A stretch of DNA of 64,000 nucleotides from contig MU058000.1 of the NCBI GenBank assembly GCA_013265495.1, forward strand, positions 62,001-126,000, written 5' to 3'. This DNA comes from Vicugna vicugna (taxonomy: Eukaryota). Each line of letters starts with the position of its first letter. The stretch's first letter is position 1. The notes beneath the pieces are model-generated. The model saw only the letters and a list, made by a program, of their open reading frames with translations, ran no database searches and had not been told where the DNA came from. Shown in pieces: positions 12,803-25,810 of the stretch. Position numbers and translations under genes: made by a program.

Positions 12803-13199
12803 CTTTCATGAAACTCTTAATACTGGTCTCTGTGAATAAAGCCAGGGTATGCTCTCTTTCACTACAGTCCTTTTCATATGGTCCGCCTGCAAAAAATCTG
12901 TGAAGTCATTGTCTCCTTCTCTTCACCTCCCTGTGCCAGGTGCCCAAATCTTCAAAAGTGCGTTTAAGTAATGAAGACTTCAAATGTTCTGTCTACTCCC
13001 AAGATATCTTCATTTAATCAAAAATGAATCTTACTGAATTTCTAAACAGGTTTCCAGATACCCTTGATGGCGGTAGGTGGAACTAGGGTAGAAACACTGC
13101 CAGTGCTTTGAAAGGAAAAGAGCAAGAAAGCAAAGTGGCAAAATACATAGCTTGCAATTTTAAAGAGCAAAATTGTACTAATAATAGTGTTTTGACATG

Positions 13200-13350
13200 T
13201 TATTTCTAATCTTTACCTTGCAGAGTAGGCATTATGATTAGCCCCATGTTTACAAATAAGGAAGCTGAAGCTCCCAGTTGTTAAATGATTTGCCCAGAGT
13301 CTTTTAGCAGGGAGGTGGCAGAGCCAGGACTCACACCTGTGCCTCTGCAT
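13200..13350 (-). mobile_element. MIR SINE
   Basis: ccccatgtttacaaataaggaagctgaagctc...ttaaatgatttgcccagagtc...ggcagagccaggactc. Confidence 0.8.
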
Positions 13351-13524
13351 TCTACTAGTCTCAGAAGGCTTTGAGGAAGGATAAGCGAGAGCTCAAAACC
13401 TCCCAAGTATCAGCTCCAAGCAATGTGGAATTTGTACAAAGAGGTTGGACCGGAAAATAAAAATGGAGAATCTAAAAATGACTCTCCCTCCATCTTTTTA
13501 AAACCCAAGGAAATTAGAGGACTA

Positions 13525-13760
13525 AAATAGAATGAATGTGGGCTTAGAAGTCAGAAAGCACTGGGTCAGATTCAGTCTCTGCCATTATACTGGCTCTTAC
13601 CCTGGGTAAATGTTACTTTTTTGTTGCCAAATTCTCTCATATAAAAATGAATATAAGAATATCTACCTCATAGGCCTACTGTGAGGATGAAACAAAATAA
13701 CTCACAAGCAAGTCTCAAGATAAGTGCCCCACTCATAGTATGATTATAATAAATGGCCCT
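13525..13760 (+). mobile_element. MIR SINE
   Basis: gaagtcaga...tctctgcca...atctacctcataggcctactgtgaggatgaaa. Confidence 0.75.
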
Positions 13761-13859
13761 TCCTAATCCTTTCATCCATTGTTATAGTTTATTTACAACC
13801 TTTAAATAGATGCAAAGGAAGAGGCTTTTAAAGTCTGTAACAACATATTCTCTTTTAAA

Positions 13860-14058
13860 ATTTTTTTATTGAACTACAGTTGATTCACAATGTTGTGTTA
13901 GTTACTGGTGTACAGCATAGTGATTCAGTTATACATACACATATTCTTTTTCACTATAGGTTATTACAAGCTATTGAGTATAGTTCCCTGTGCTAGATCG
14001 TAGGGCCTTGTTGTTCATTTTGTAGTAGTTTGTATCTGACAGTCCTAAACTCCTAATT
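13860..14058 (-). mobile_element. LINE-1 3' end, antisense
   Basis: ttttttattgaactacagttgattcacaatgttgtgttag...ggttattacaagctattgagtatagttccctgtgcta. Confidence 0.85.
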
Positions 14059-14084
14059 GTGAGCACTAGACCACAGTTGTACCA

Positions 14085-14315
14085 TCATGCCTAAGAGCAT
14101 GAATTCTGAACCCTAACTTCTGGCTCAAATCCTGGCTCTACTCTTTAAAAGTTGACACTCAGCTCTTCTGTGCCTCAGTTTCTTTATCTATAAAACAGAG
14201 TTAATGATGGCACTTACTTCAAGAGATTTTGTAAGATTCAAATTCATTAATACAAGTCAAGTGCTTATTACAGTGACTGGCACTTACTAAGGGCTCTGTA
14301 AATGCTACTGTTATT
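14085..14315 (+). mobile_element. MIR SINE
   Basis: caaatcctggctctac...ctgtgcctcagtttctttatctataaaa...agtgcttattacagtgactggcac. Confidence 0.8.
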
Positions 14316-14337
14316 AACCAAGCAAATAATACAACGC

Positions 14338-14545
14338 TAATTCTCAATCAGGGGTGATTTTTGTCCCCCAGGGAACATTTGGTAATGTCTGGAGACATTT
14401 TTAGCTGCTACAACTCAGCAAAGAAATGGCCTCTAGAGACTAGAAGCCAGGGATGCTGCTAAATGTTCTACCCAAGACAATCTTCACAACAGAGAATTAT
14501 CCCGTCTAACATACCAACACTGCCAAGGTGGAGAAACACTGAGCT
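14338..14545. mobile_element. MER20 (hAT-Charlie)
   Basis: ttctcaatcaggggtgatttttgtcccccagggaacatttggtaatgtctggagacatttt...gccaaggtggagaaacactg. Confidence 0.88.
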
Positions 14546-15573
14546 GAGAAAAATCAGAGATCCTGAGATATCTTCCCCATGGGGCATAAGAGGTCACTAA
14601 CCAAATATTGCTAGAAAACCAAATACTCCTACAGAAACTGTACCCCATTTAATATTCAGTAAGCTAATACTGGGAAAAGTAAAAATTATTAAATGTATGG
14701 GACCATAACAGTGTGTCTTAGAGTTATGTTAAAGTGCTCTTTTAAAAGAGTAATATTTCTCTTTAGAATCACTACTCTGAAATTCACTGAGTAAGAATTC
14801 TGAGAGTGGATGAGCCAGGACACATGAGGGCTTTGGAGACCGCAGGGCCCGTAAAAATTAATGCTTGCAAATATATCTGGATTCCTTGTCCCATAGGACC
14901 CAGCAAGTGAAAATGGTCTGCCTATAATGGCTACTGGGTAGGAAAAAAAGTGGGCATGAATTTTTATGCTCCTTTATTTGTATTTTCACCCTCCTCATCC
15001 TCCCCCAGATACTTTGTGAGTGATGGGATTATTTAAAGAACTCTAAATGCGGAGGCTCAAAGCATCTCTCTCCTCATAGGCTCAAGGGTCTCAGGTGAAT
15101 TCAGCAGAATCCCGAGCTGGGAGGGTTCCTTATCACCCTCTGTGTGCGCTTCTCTACATCTCCTCCACTTGAGTTGAAGAGGATATGCTGGCAACTTGAA
15201 CCAGAAACCAGCAAGCCCAGGGGATGGCTCTTCCTTACTTACCAAAACAAAACAGGCTTCCAAGTCTGAGGAGGGAAATAGAGAGCTCTCCATAAGGAAC
15301 ACACCTTCAGTCCTGACCTTCATTATTTGGGGCTTAATGGTTGGTGCTCAAGGATGAAAAGTTTCAATGAGGTCCCTTTTCCTTCTTAAGTCATTAGTAG
15401 GGAGGTATTGCTCAAACAGAGAACACTGTTCCAGTGAACACAAGACAGATGAAGAAGTACGACCCCTTTCTCATGCTTGCCGGTGTGATCCACCAGAGAG
15501 GCTCATGTGTGATGAGGATGGACTCTGTGCTGTCCACCATGTATCGAGGGAAGACTCTTTGTAATATTCAGAT

Positions 15574-16705
15574 TTCAGTGGGCTGAATAATGGTACCCCA
15601 ATATATCAGGTCCTAATCCCTGGATCCTGTAAATATGACCTTGGTCTTTGCAGATTCAATCCAGTTAAGGACCTTGAGGTGGGGAAATTAACTTGGATTA
15701 TCTGAATGGGCCTTAAATGTAATCATGAGGGTTTTTTTAGCAGAAGTATAGTGATTTACAGTACTTAATTAGTTTCAGGTGTACCACATAGTGATTTTTT
15801 TTTATAGATTATACTGCATTTAAAGTTATTACAAAACAATGATTATATTTCCCTGCACTATATATTCTTGTTGCTTATCTATTTTATACATAACAGCTTG
15901 TATCTCTTATCCCATACCCCTATTGTGCCCTTCCCCCTTTCTCTCGCCCCACTGGTAACCAACAGTTTGTTCTCTATATCTATGAGTCTGTTTCTGTTTT
16001 GTTTTCTGTATTTTTTTAACTTTTTAGATTCCACATATAAGTGATATACAGATATCTTTTTTCTCTCCGACTTATTTCTTTATGCATAATCCTCTCTAGG
16101 TCTACCTATGTTGCTACAAATGGCAGAATTTCATTCTTTTTTATGGCTGAGTAACATTCCATTGTATTTTTAAATACATATATATATATTTGTACTTTTA
16201 ATATACAAATATATACATGCATTTTTATGTACCTATATACATCTATATAGAGATATACATATACGTATATACCACATCTTCTTTATCCAGTCATCTGTTG
16301 ATGAATAGTTACGTTGCTTTCATCTCTTGGCTACTGTATATAATGCTGCTGTGAACACTAGAGTGCATGTATCTTTTCAAATTAGTTTTCATTTCCACAG
16401 ATGAGTGTCCTTACAAGAGAGAAGCAGAGGAAGATCTGATATACAGAGAAGAGGAGAAGGCCATGTGACCATGAGGAAGAGCTTAAGATGTGGCCAAAAG
16501 CCAAGGAACGCTGGCAGCCTCTATAACTTGGAAGGTAGAGAAATGGATTCCCCCTTGGAGCCTCTGAAGCAAGTGCAGCCCTTGATTTCTGTCCAGTGAA
16601 AACGATTTTGGACTTCTGGCTTCAAGAACTGTGAGAGGATACATTTCTATTGTTTTCAGTCATCAGTCTGTGGTCATTTGTTTCAGCAACAACAGGAAAC
16701 ATACA
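15574..16705 (+). mobile_element. MLT1C/D-like MaLR LTR interrupted by an L1
   Basis: 5' gggctgaataatgg...cctaatccctgga; 3' gattttggacttctggcttcaagaactgtgagagg...gcaacaacaggaaacataca. Confidence 0.85.
15733..16400 (-). mobile_element. LINE-1 3' end nested in the MLT1 LTR
   Basis: gattccacatataagtgata...ttcattcttttttatggctgagtaacattccattgt...aatgctgctgtgaacac. Degenerate TSD atgagggt (15725-15732) / atgagtgt (16401-16408). Confidence 0.88.
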
Positions 16706-17902
16706 CTGGTCATGACTGTGGATTCTTTTCTCACAGGCCTCTAGTAGCCTAACCTAAGAGGGAAAGAGGAAGTGAAAGAAGAAGAAAAAGAAAAATTAAA
16801 AAACAGAATGCAAGTAAGGGATAAAAGAAGAGGAGCAGGAGAATCAGGAGAAAAGTGGAAGAGAAATAACTCACTGAATGGTCCAGGTCATATGAACCAT
16901 ATGAGGGAGAAGTTCACATAGTCCCTAAATTCCAGTTCTATCTACATGGTGGATATTAAAGCTATGCCTAGGTCTGGATCAGAAAACAATCTGTCTTTAA
17001 AACATCTTTATGATCCATCCAATAGTTATAATGTAGCTTACTGAATTTTTTCTCATCTAGGTTATCAATGACCTCCTTTTGGTTAAAAACGGTAACCCCT
17101 TAGACATCAAGTTCTTTAACCTGATTTGCCAACACTATAGAGCCTTCAAAACCATGCTCATAACCTACTTCCTCTACAAAATCTCCCTTAATTTTGTATT
17201 TTTCCATTTTCTGAACTTTCATTATACTCACAGGAAGTACATATGTTATTTCTGTCCCTCTAACAAGAGGTCAGAAATGCTACCTGCTAAATATCCCCAA
17301 ATGTACAGAATAACCCCCTACAACAAAGAATTCTATTTCTTCTCCCCTCCAGTAATTTGCACAAGGCTGATCTGTAACAGCCCTGTGATGACTACCTGCT
17401 ACTCTAAGTTCAGTAATATAGATGGTCTCATCTTCTTCATTTCTACCTATTTATTTTATTATACAATGCTGATTGGTATTGAGAATTATATCCCTCAGGC
17501 ATGTTAGGTCTAAATCATAAAAAGCATACTGACAAAATTGTCTTGGTGGTTAAGAAAATCTACTCATAATTTCAGAAAGATTTCCAACTATAAGAGTTGA
17601 GGCCAGAAAGCATTTCTCATTTATCCTAATTTAACTCCAAAATGCAATTAACTGCAATCCCTCAAGTCTCAAATATTCAAAGCATCTTAAGCTTTACTTT
17701 ATTATCAGAAAAGTTACAGGTTTGTCCTAAAATACACCTGAAGGTACCTGCTCTCTGATATTTATTTCCCAATACGCAGCAAGTCTCATATAAAAGCAAG
17801 CTAATTTTTAAATTGATATATGGTTCTGGCTTAAAATTTCCAAAAGGAAACTCTGCATTTTGGGGCCTGTTTATACTTTCCATGTTGCTCATTTGCATCC
17901 AG

Positions 17903-17943
17903 TGTAACTGAAATCGAAGCTCAGTTCAGCAAACTATCCCAAG
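17903..17943 (+). other. Candidate internal exon of an unidentified plus-strand transcript (VTEIEAQFSKLSQ)
   Basis: Acceptor ttgctcatttgcatccAG and perfect donor AAG|GTAAGT; 41 nt. Confidence 0.4.
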
Positions 17944-19308
17944 GTAAGTGATCAGATAATCGCCCATGTGCAAACCATTATGCACACACGTGGCTGAAGA
18001 ATCTAGTGAAGGACATACAACTGCTGGTGAGCATTCCTCATGATTTCACTTTTTTAAGTATAAAAAGACCAAAGGCACACTGTGGCAGTCCCATCAGGTA
18101 AAAGCAACGAATATAAACTACGTCATGTAATTCAGAGTCACAAACACACAGAGAATGAAAATAAATAAGTGCACTAATTAACATACTTCCAAAACAGAAA
18201 ACCAAGACTTAAAATATTATACACCTTAGTGAAGTAACAGCTGCTCCTATTAAAAACTGTATATTCCATTAGTGTGCTATTTTGTAATTTATGGTCTTTC
18301 TCACCTTGGAAAAATTATGTTACAGTTATACGGCCCATATTAACATTTTTTGGCCTTCTACAAGTAACAGCTTTTGCAACTGGACATTTAGCTATCCATT
18401 AAGCCAGTTGCTTGAGAAAAGTTTTCATTTTTTTTTCTGGCTCCTTCAGAATGCTCCAAATGATTCAGAGAAATTATAAAAAGATTAATCCATAATGATG
18501 AAATGATGAACTTCATAAAACACAAATACACCCCTTCCCACCTAATGTGTTATCTGTGTGTCTACAGCATCATGCATCACAACATCCACATGTACCAGAT
18601 TTCCAGTTTGATGACTTTAGTTTGTCCAGAATAATGGTTAGGATCAAAAGGCCCACGCACCCTGGAAAGCACGGAGGGTTTTAAGCAGAGAAAAAGGTCC
18701 TTGACTAGGCTGATATTACCAGGTTCCTTTTCCCAACTTTCCAAAGAGAATCCAATCCTATAGGTTGTAGCTCGTTCTCCTGTTAATGATAAAATGTATC
18801 ATGTTCTACTACCACTTTCTGATGCCCTGAATCGTCCCTGTCATCCTAAGAGAACTCTATCACGGAAGGGGAAAACAATTTTCTTCACCCAGGGCCTTTT
18901 TCCTTGTGTTACTATTAATATCCCATGATAATATTAGCTCTGGAGGAAAGAATTTGATGGCAAAATTCCATATTTACTCATGAAATCCACCCCCAACTTC
19001 CACACACACATTTTAATGACAGAAGGAAAGCTCCCCATTCCCACCACGCTCTCTTCACACTTTCCCTCATCTCCTGACACACACTCTGGTTTTTGGTATT
19101 GTTTTTTACCCCTTGCTGACCCAAAAGCCAATTTTATTAGCAGAGACTCCCCATTAGGCAGAGTCTAGTTCGTATTTTTTAGGGCAGAAAAGTATTTAAG
19201 TTTAAAAAAGTTACTTGGCACTGGCTCGAGTGTAGAGACAGGAAATGGAGTCTGCTCAGTCCTCTAGGCTCTGACCCCACCTGACTGCTCTTTTTCCCCC
19301 TCCCTTAG

Positions 19309-19520
19309 GCTTCAGGAAGGATGTAAGAAGACCTAATGCATCATCAAGCCTCCAGAAGATTTAAGCAAGGGCAGTGGAGTTGACAGCAGTTACCTCTCCT
19401 TCCTTTCCTAGAAATGCTGTTTAAAAGATTTGCTGAAAAAAAGGAAACTCCTTAGTGTCATTAATTCTTTAAAGAGTGCAATGAATTTTGCATCTTAAAA
19501 TAAAAATCATTTAAATGGCT
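19309..19520 (+). other. Candidate terminal exon of the same plus-strand transcript ((G)FRKDVRRPNASSSLQKI*) with AATAAA
   Basis: Branch-like CTGAC at 19281-19285, tract ctctttttccccctcccttAG, TAA at 19362-19364, AATAAA at 19499-19504 with GU-rich sequence downstream. Confidence 0.4.
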
Positions 19521-19554
19521 GTTTGCAAATGTACTTTGCCAAGTGACAAAGTAC

Positions 19555-19760
19555 ATGCATTCAAATGTGGGCTCCATACTTACTAATGCGTGGTCCTGGG
19601 TAAGTTAAACAACCTCTCTGTGCCACAGTTTCCTCATATGAGATATACTTTCCAATGAAAATGATAAATACCAACCTCATAGGGTTGTTGTGAGGAGTAA
19701 ATGAGTTAAAATATGGAAAGTATTTCAGAATAAAGTTGGCACTCAGTAAATATCTGACGA
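19555..19760 (+). mobile_element. MIR SINE
   Basis: ctgggtaagttaaacaacctctctgtgccacagtttcctcat...cctcatagggttgttgtgaggagtaaatgag. Confidence 0.85.
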
Positions 19761-19949
19761 ATTAATATAATCTAACAGAATAAATATGCCAATTCTAGAA
19801 TCCCAATAGTTTCATCCCTGACTGGTGTACAGTTTTGAGTGATCCATTGCTCTTTAGTAAAAGGAGACAAGAATCTGAGTTCCGTGGAGATTTTCATGGA
19901 TGAAGTGGATCAGGCCTTAATGGTAAAGGTGAGAAACTTTGATGGTTAC

Positions 19950-20135
19950 CCACGGTGTGCCATGTTCTGAGCTTGGCATTTTTCATGTGCCACTACATGC
20001 AAGACTCCTAACAGTTCCTCTGAAGCAGACACAATTAGTTCCACTGTGCAGATGAGATAAATGAGATCAGAAACGTTAATTACCCCCAAATCACACAGCC
20101 AGTAAGTTAGGTGGAGACAGGATTTTAATCCTACA
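19950..20135 (-). mobile_element. MIR SINE
   Basis: cagatgagataaatgagatcagaaacgttaattacccccaaatcacacagccagtaag. Confidence 0.7.
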
Positions 20136-23100
20136 CCATTTTAAAGCAAAACATAACATACAAAAAGGAGGACGGCAGATTGTGCAAGTAAGATGATTCA
20201 ACGAAAAGGTCATTATTGAATAGATCATTGACAAAACAGGTTTATAATCCAAATATGGTTTGGTATCTCTTAGAATTAGCTTTGAGGTAGATTCAGACTA
20301 CACACTGTTCACTTCTAATTCAATGAAGACTGCCATTGTATATTTCAAGGTAGATTCACAGACTATCAGAGACAGAAAGCAACCCAGAAGACTATTTAGT
20401 CCAACCTCCTAACAGCTAAGAGACACAGGTGAAATGGCAGGCTCAGTGTCATACAGGTGATTAGTAGCTGAAGTAGCCAGGATTCCTCTGGACCCAACAT
20501 TTCTCCCCTTTTAGCATCCAGTATAGCCAACCAGGACACCATGGTTTTAAACTCACCCATTTAGATACGTGTAAATTCTAGTTCATTTTAAATATCCCCC
20601 TTCCTACTTTAGCATTTAAACCTAAAAAGAATATTAGGGTGATAAAATCCTTTGGGAAGATAATAAATAATATGAATATTCTCTAGTGAGAAGCAGCTTC
20701 CATTATCTAGAAGCTTCTATTTTTAAAAACTGACCAAAACTCTGGTTTTGCTGTATTTTGTCAAAAAAGAACAAACATTAAATATTGTCTGGGTAGGAGA
20801 AGAGCCTTTTAAAGGGAAAGTATTGCTCTTTTTCACGCAGAGAGGAGTTAAAAAGATCTTTACATTTTCTGTTGTTGCTGTTAGATTATATTTATTCGCC
20901 AAATATTTACTGAGCACCAAACAGCTGTACTAGCAGAGTCTGGCTTTTCTTGCATATTTCACAGCACTCATTAGAGTGCTGGGCTTTTGGTAGTAACTGA
21001 TTAATTGGTGGTATCTTCTCCTATGTTCAGTATATTAAACGACTTCAGGACAAAAGTCACTAAGGTTATGTCAGTGATATTCTCCTATGGAGGTGAAGGA
21101 AGGAGATGGCTCTTGACTATTCTAAGGCTGGCACTGCCCCAAACCATGCAGCATGAAGTGTACTTTCTTAGTTATAATTATCATCAGTAATGTGAAGTCC
21201 AATGTTTTACAATTTCTTTCACTGTGACTGCATCAAAAGTTTATGATCAATAGTACTACATCTTACGCTGGCAAGCATCAGGCTGTGTGATGGCAGCCAT
21301 GCTAAAAAAAAAAACGCACTATCTAATTATGTCCTAGTACACAGCTCTATCATAGGGCTAAGCTTTGTTCATGTGGGCTATAAAGACAGATGAAAAGCAC
21401 ATTATCCACCGCTCAGCAATACCGCATTATTACAAACGTAACAAAAAAGCTAAAAATGCCAGACCTTGGTAAGCTCAAACTTTCTGACCTAAACTTCAAA
21501 ATATGCAAAACATTACTTTGGTAGAAAGAGGTTTGGATTGCAATAGCAAATGTGGAGAAAGAGGGAGTAATAAAGGTAAAGACAAAGAAGGATGGAAGGA
21601 CACAACTCTAAGTGATTTTTATAGCAGACACTTAGCCCAGGTCAGCAAATAAATTACTAACTGACAAGAAACTGGCATATGAACTAAGCAAGTTTTTCAA
21701 GCCAAATATCCTGAAATAAAGGAATGCTGGTGGGCTGAATAGGCACCGAAACCAAAATTAGCCACAAATTCACTGGATATTGGCAGGCCCACGAGGCCTA
21801 GCAAAGATTTACCTGCTGTATTGTATACAACTTCCTGCAGATGATACTGAAAAGTCAACAATCAAGGAGCAAGTGCTGTTAATTCACTATTTGGGTTTCT
21901 CTGCTTTCCCTAAAATGCCATATTGCAAAATCAACCTAGGACTTAAGGAATCAACAGTACAATCTCAAAGATTTTGTTCTGCATTAACCATCCAGTGGAC
22001 CAGTCCTGGCGAGCTAAATGTTGATGACAAGAATCTCTACAAAAATTCACAAATATGATGGCCAACATATACTTAGGCCTCAATTAGACACTCACACAAA
22101 CACAACAGGGATGGTGCACGCAATGATAACAGATACTTTATGGATAACCATTATGGGAAATTCAGCACATTTCATGCTCAGTAAATTAGTCATTAATATT
22201 GGTAACACAGGGATATTATCTGATTGGTGTGGTTTTCATGGCATCATGGCACTGAAAGCAAAGTTTAAACCCTTAGGTGGAAATTCCAAGAACATTATGA
22301 TTTGAATTTTCATGAATACAATCAGGCAACTGGTCTCTTAAATGCTGAAAGACTGCAAATCTGGCTACTGAGATCAGTTAATAAACACCATTTGCTCAAC
22401 TGCAGTAGGGAAGGATGGTTGATAGTGTAGGTGTGGTTAGTTGACTTATCAAATGCATTCTGAAGACTTGAAATATGCCATCCACTATGCTAGACAAAAC
22501 ACAGTGCCTTTATTTGAAGAGCTTACTGTTTAGTGAAGCATCTTGTAATTTAGAAATATATTCATTATATTTAGAACATATATACATAATGCATCAATGA
22601 AAGATGCTTTCTAGGCACAACTGGTTGCATTCAGCAGTTTTCTACAAAGCTTTCAGAGTCTGATTCTGGATACAATACTGATTGAAAGCGTTAAGATGTT
22701 CAATCTATGATGATAGCAAAACAATAATAAAAATCTAACTCTTGGTTCCTATTACACACACTTTTCAATATGCTAGACCTTTGGCTAATAATTACAAAAA
22801 TGAACTGCATATATTAAGGTGGTGATGATTTACTTTGGTCTGGCCTTCCCAAGTTCTACCTGGATTTCAAATGTTAACAAATGTCTCTTTATACAAATTA
22901 TGGGTAACTTGTGAATTCGCTGCCATGATGCTACCAGTAAAAGATAAGTAATTATTCTGTTGGTAACAGGCAGTGTTACTTTTATAAAATTGATTAAACA
23001 TCTGCATAAAGTCATGGTGCTGTTCAGTACCAAAATAAACATGGATGTCACTCTGGTGTTTTCACTTCGATGAACTCATCATGTATTATATTAGGAAAGT

Positions 23101-25624
23101 TTGTTTCAAATGTGTTGTCTGCACATGTAGAAGGACAAAGAAGATTCCTTACACACCCATCATGCTTTCAATATATGACACCTGAGTTATAGAGCCCAGA
23201 AAATTTTAACTTTTTCTTCTTTAGATGCCTACTTTGTTTCCAGTTCACTTATAATCATTCTGAGAACAATAAACATTAAATATTTAAGGGTAATGACAAC
23301 TTAAGCCTGAATATCTACTTGCATGAACATTGCATGGGAAAGTTTTTCTTTAGCTGCTCTGTGGTACCATTGTCTGTGACTGTACATCCCACTGAGAATA
23401 CTGAGTCCCAAAGGGCAAAATTAAGGGTAGAGAACATCTGACCTCAATCATGGGCGTCAGGATAAGAAATGCATAACACATGGTCACAACTCAAAAACAG
23501 TGATCTCGAGGTTACTGCAGATGAGGATGGCAGCTGTTCAGTTGGACATCTGGATCTCTGTGGCTGCAGAACTGGATTGTTCTCACATGAGATCTGCCTA
23601 TGAGAAGCTCAGCCCATCTTCAGTAACAGTTCTAAGAATCTGAATGAAATCTTCACATAGTGCCCAACAAACAATAAATTTTCACACATACACAAGATCC
23701 TTGCTTCTGAAGAGTGAATGTTGCCCAAAAGCAAAATATTAAAAGGAGGATCATTTTGGGGTTGCATGGCTATGCCCAAGCTGACCCTGCACCTCTAGTG
23801 TTCACACTCCAAAGAGATCAAGCATGATGTAAGGGTTTTGGCTGGCTTCCTGTATTATTTAATAGGATCTAAATACATGTAACTGTTAACTTACTTTTTA
23901 GAAGCTCAGTTTTGTTCCCTTTTCTGAGAAGAGAAATAAACAGCAAAATATGGATGGGTCTGAAAGGTTAGCATATGCAAGTCTAGTTCAGTATGAAAGT
24001 CTAGTTGTATCCATTTCAAATTGTGTACTATGTAACTATTACCACTGGTAAACAGGAATTAGGAAGTATATTCATATTTAAACACACTTGTCCTGCTAAC
24101 CAACTTTGTCAGTGCACTAAACGAAGAAACTATAATTCTTAAAAATCACCAGATTAAGATTGGTAATGTGTACAGAAGACTTTTTTAGCCAATTAAACCA
24201 GACATAATAGGTTCATATTCATTAATGAATGATATAGAAATGGACAGACAATTGAATTAATGGAAATAATGTTTTCTTGGGTGGAAGGTCACTAGTCCTG
24301 AGTAACCTATAAATGTTAAGTATGTTGTTGGCACAGTCCCCATTTAACAGTCGAAAGATTTTTCAAAGCATATGTAAGCAGGTATAATAAAATGCACCTG
24401 TAAATTCATGTAGGTTGGTTTTATCAAAAAATTATCTATATAACCATTTGGTACAAATTTCAAACCAAAAAATAAGACATTTTAAACACATTTTGAGGGG
24501 TTATGCTATTTGCTTAATTTACCTGGTTTTGTTATTTATGAAAGACTTGTACATTTCAGTGTTTTTATTGCTGCAGTTGGCTAGTGGGGGAGTAGTCCTT
24601 AGCAAAGATTCTGAATGGGTCCTATCGCAGTGTAGTTGCTCAAAAAATAAGAACTGTTCCAGAAAAACAGACTTTCTTTGATGTATAACATAGTGTAATA
24701 TTTAAATCAATTGTTCAGAAATTGAAAGAAGTTCTTGAAAAGATTTAGTTAAGATACTTTAGAATTGGAGAATTCTGTACAGATTTTGATTTAGTCCTTT
24801 TCTGAGTAAAGGGGAAGCTACTTAATTACAAACATAAAGTTTAAATTAGCAATTATACATTGGGGGTGCAAAAATGTAAGATAAAAGGCCACGGCAAATT
24901 ATATATGTCCAATAATTATCAGTCTTTGAAGGACAAAGAGCTGGAATGATACAATAAATCCCCTCAGTGGTAGACAATGAGGAAAGGCTGGATGGATGAG
25001 ACTGAATGTTCAACAGTCACTAAATCAAAATCTTTCTTAAGGAGACAATGTCAGAGTCTGGAAATGCTACTCTGAAACATAATGGATGACTGTGAGCCGC
25101 TGGTATAGACAGGGAAAGATAAAATCACACCTGAAAAGATAACCCAGAATCAAATGTCCCAAAGGAGATCACTCCCAAGTTCCTGGGAGGGAAGAAAATT
25201 GGATTAAAATTCAGCTCCAAAGAAGTTTATACCCTTTCGATAATCAAAGACTAGTTTGCTCTTCAAACCAGAGAGAAGAGGTACACCTGTATGTCCTGAG
25301 TTACATGGATGCCTCGATGAGGATCTTGGTGAATGACTAAAGACATCTGGTTAACAGAAGCCTGCTAGGAGAAGCAGGTGGGCAAATGGCCTCCAATAGT
25401 AAATCAAGCATCTTTGGAAGCTGCTTTAAGTCCCTCGTTCTGGGTGACTCTCAGGCCTAGAGTCATAGTTCAGAAAACTGGGAGAATATATATTATTAGA
25501 AACCAACTTTTAAAAAGGAACCCTTGCACATCACCTGGAAAAGAAATGATTTTTTTGGTTTTTGTTTTGGAATAGAGACTAAAACTCTAGAAAAGGCTAC
25601 AGTCAAACGAACCTTGAAGGCATG

Positions 25625-25810
25625 TCTCTTGAATGTGAGCCTTTATGAGAATCACCTCGAGGACCTGTTAGAACAAGGACTGCTGGCCCCACCCCCAGGG
25701 TCTCTGAATCCCTAGGTCTGGGGACAGCCAGAGAATCTGTGATTCCACCAAGCTCCCAGGTGCTGTTGATGCTGCTGGTTTAGGGACCACACTGTAAAAG
25801 CCAGTGCTTT
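25625..25810. mobile_element. MER5A (hAT-Charlie)
   Basis: gaatcacctcgagg...tgctggccccacccccag...ccaagctcccaggtgctgttgatgctgctggtttagggaccacact. Confidence 0.85.

Noticed and set aside
18720..18779. Possible 60-nt minus-strand exon (ERATTYRIGFSLESWEKEP)
   Set aside because: Donor CTG|GTAATA and the acceptor tract are mediocre, and no partner exons could be linked with confidence.
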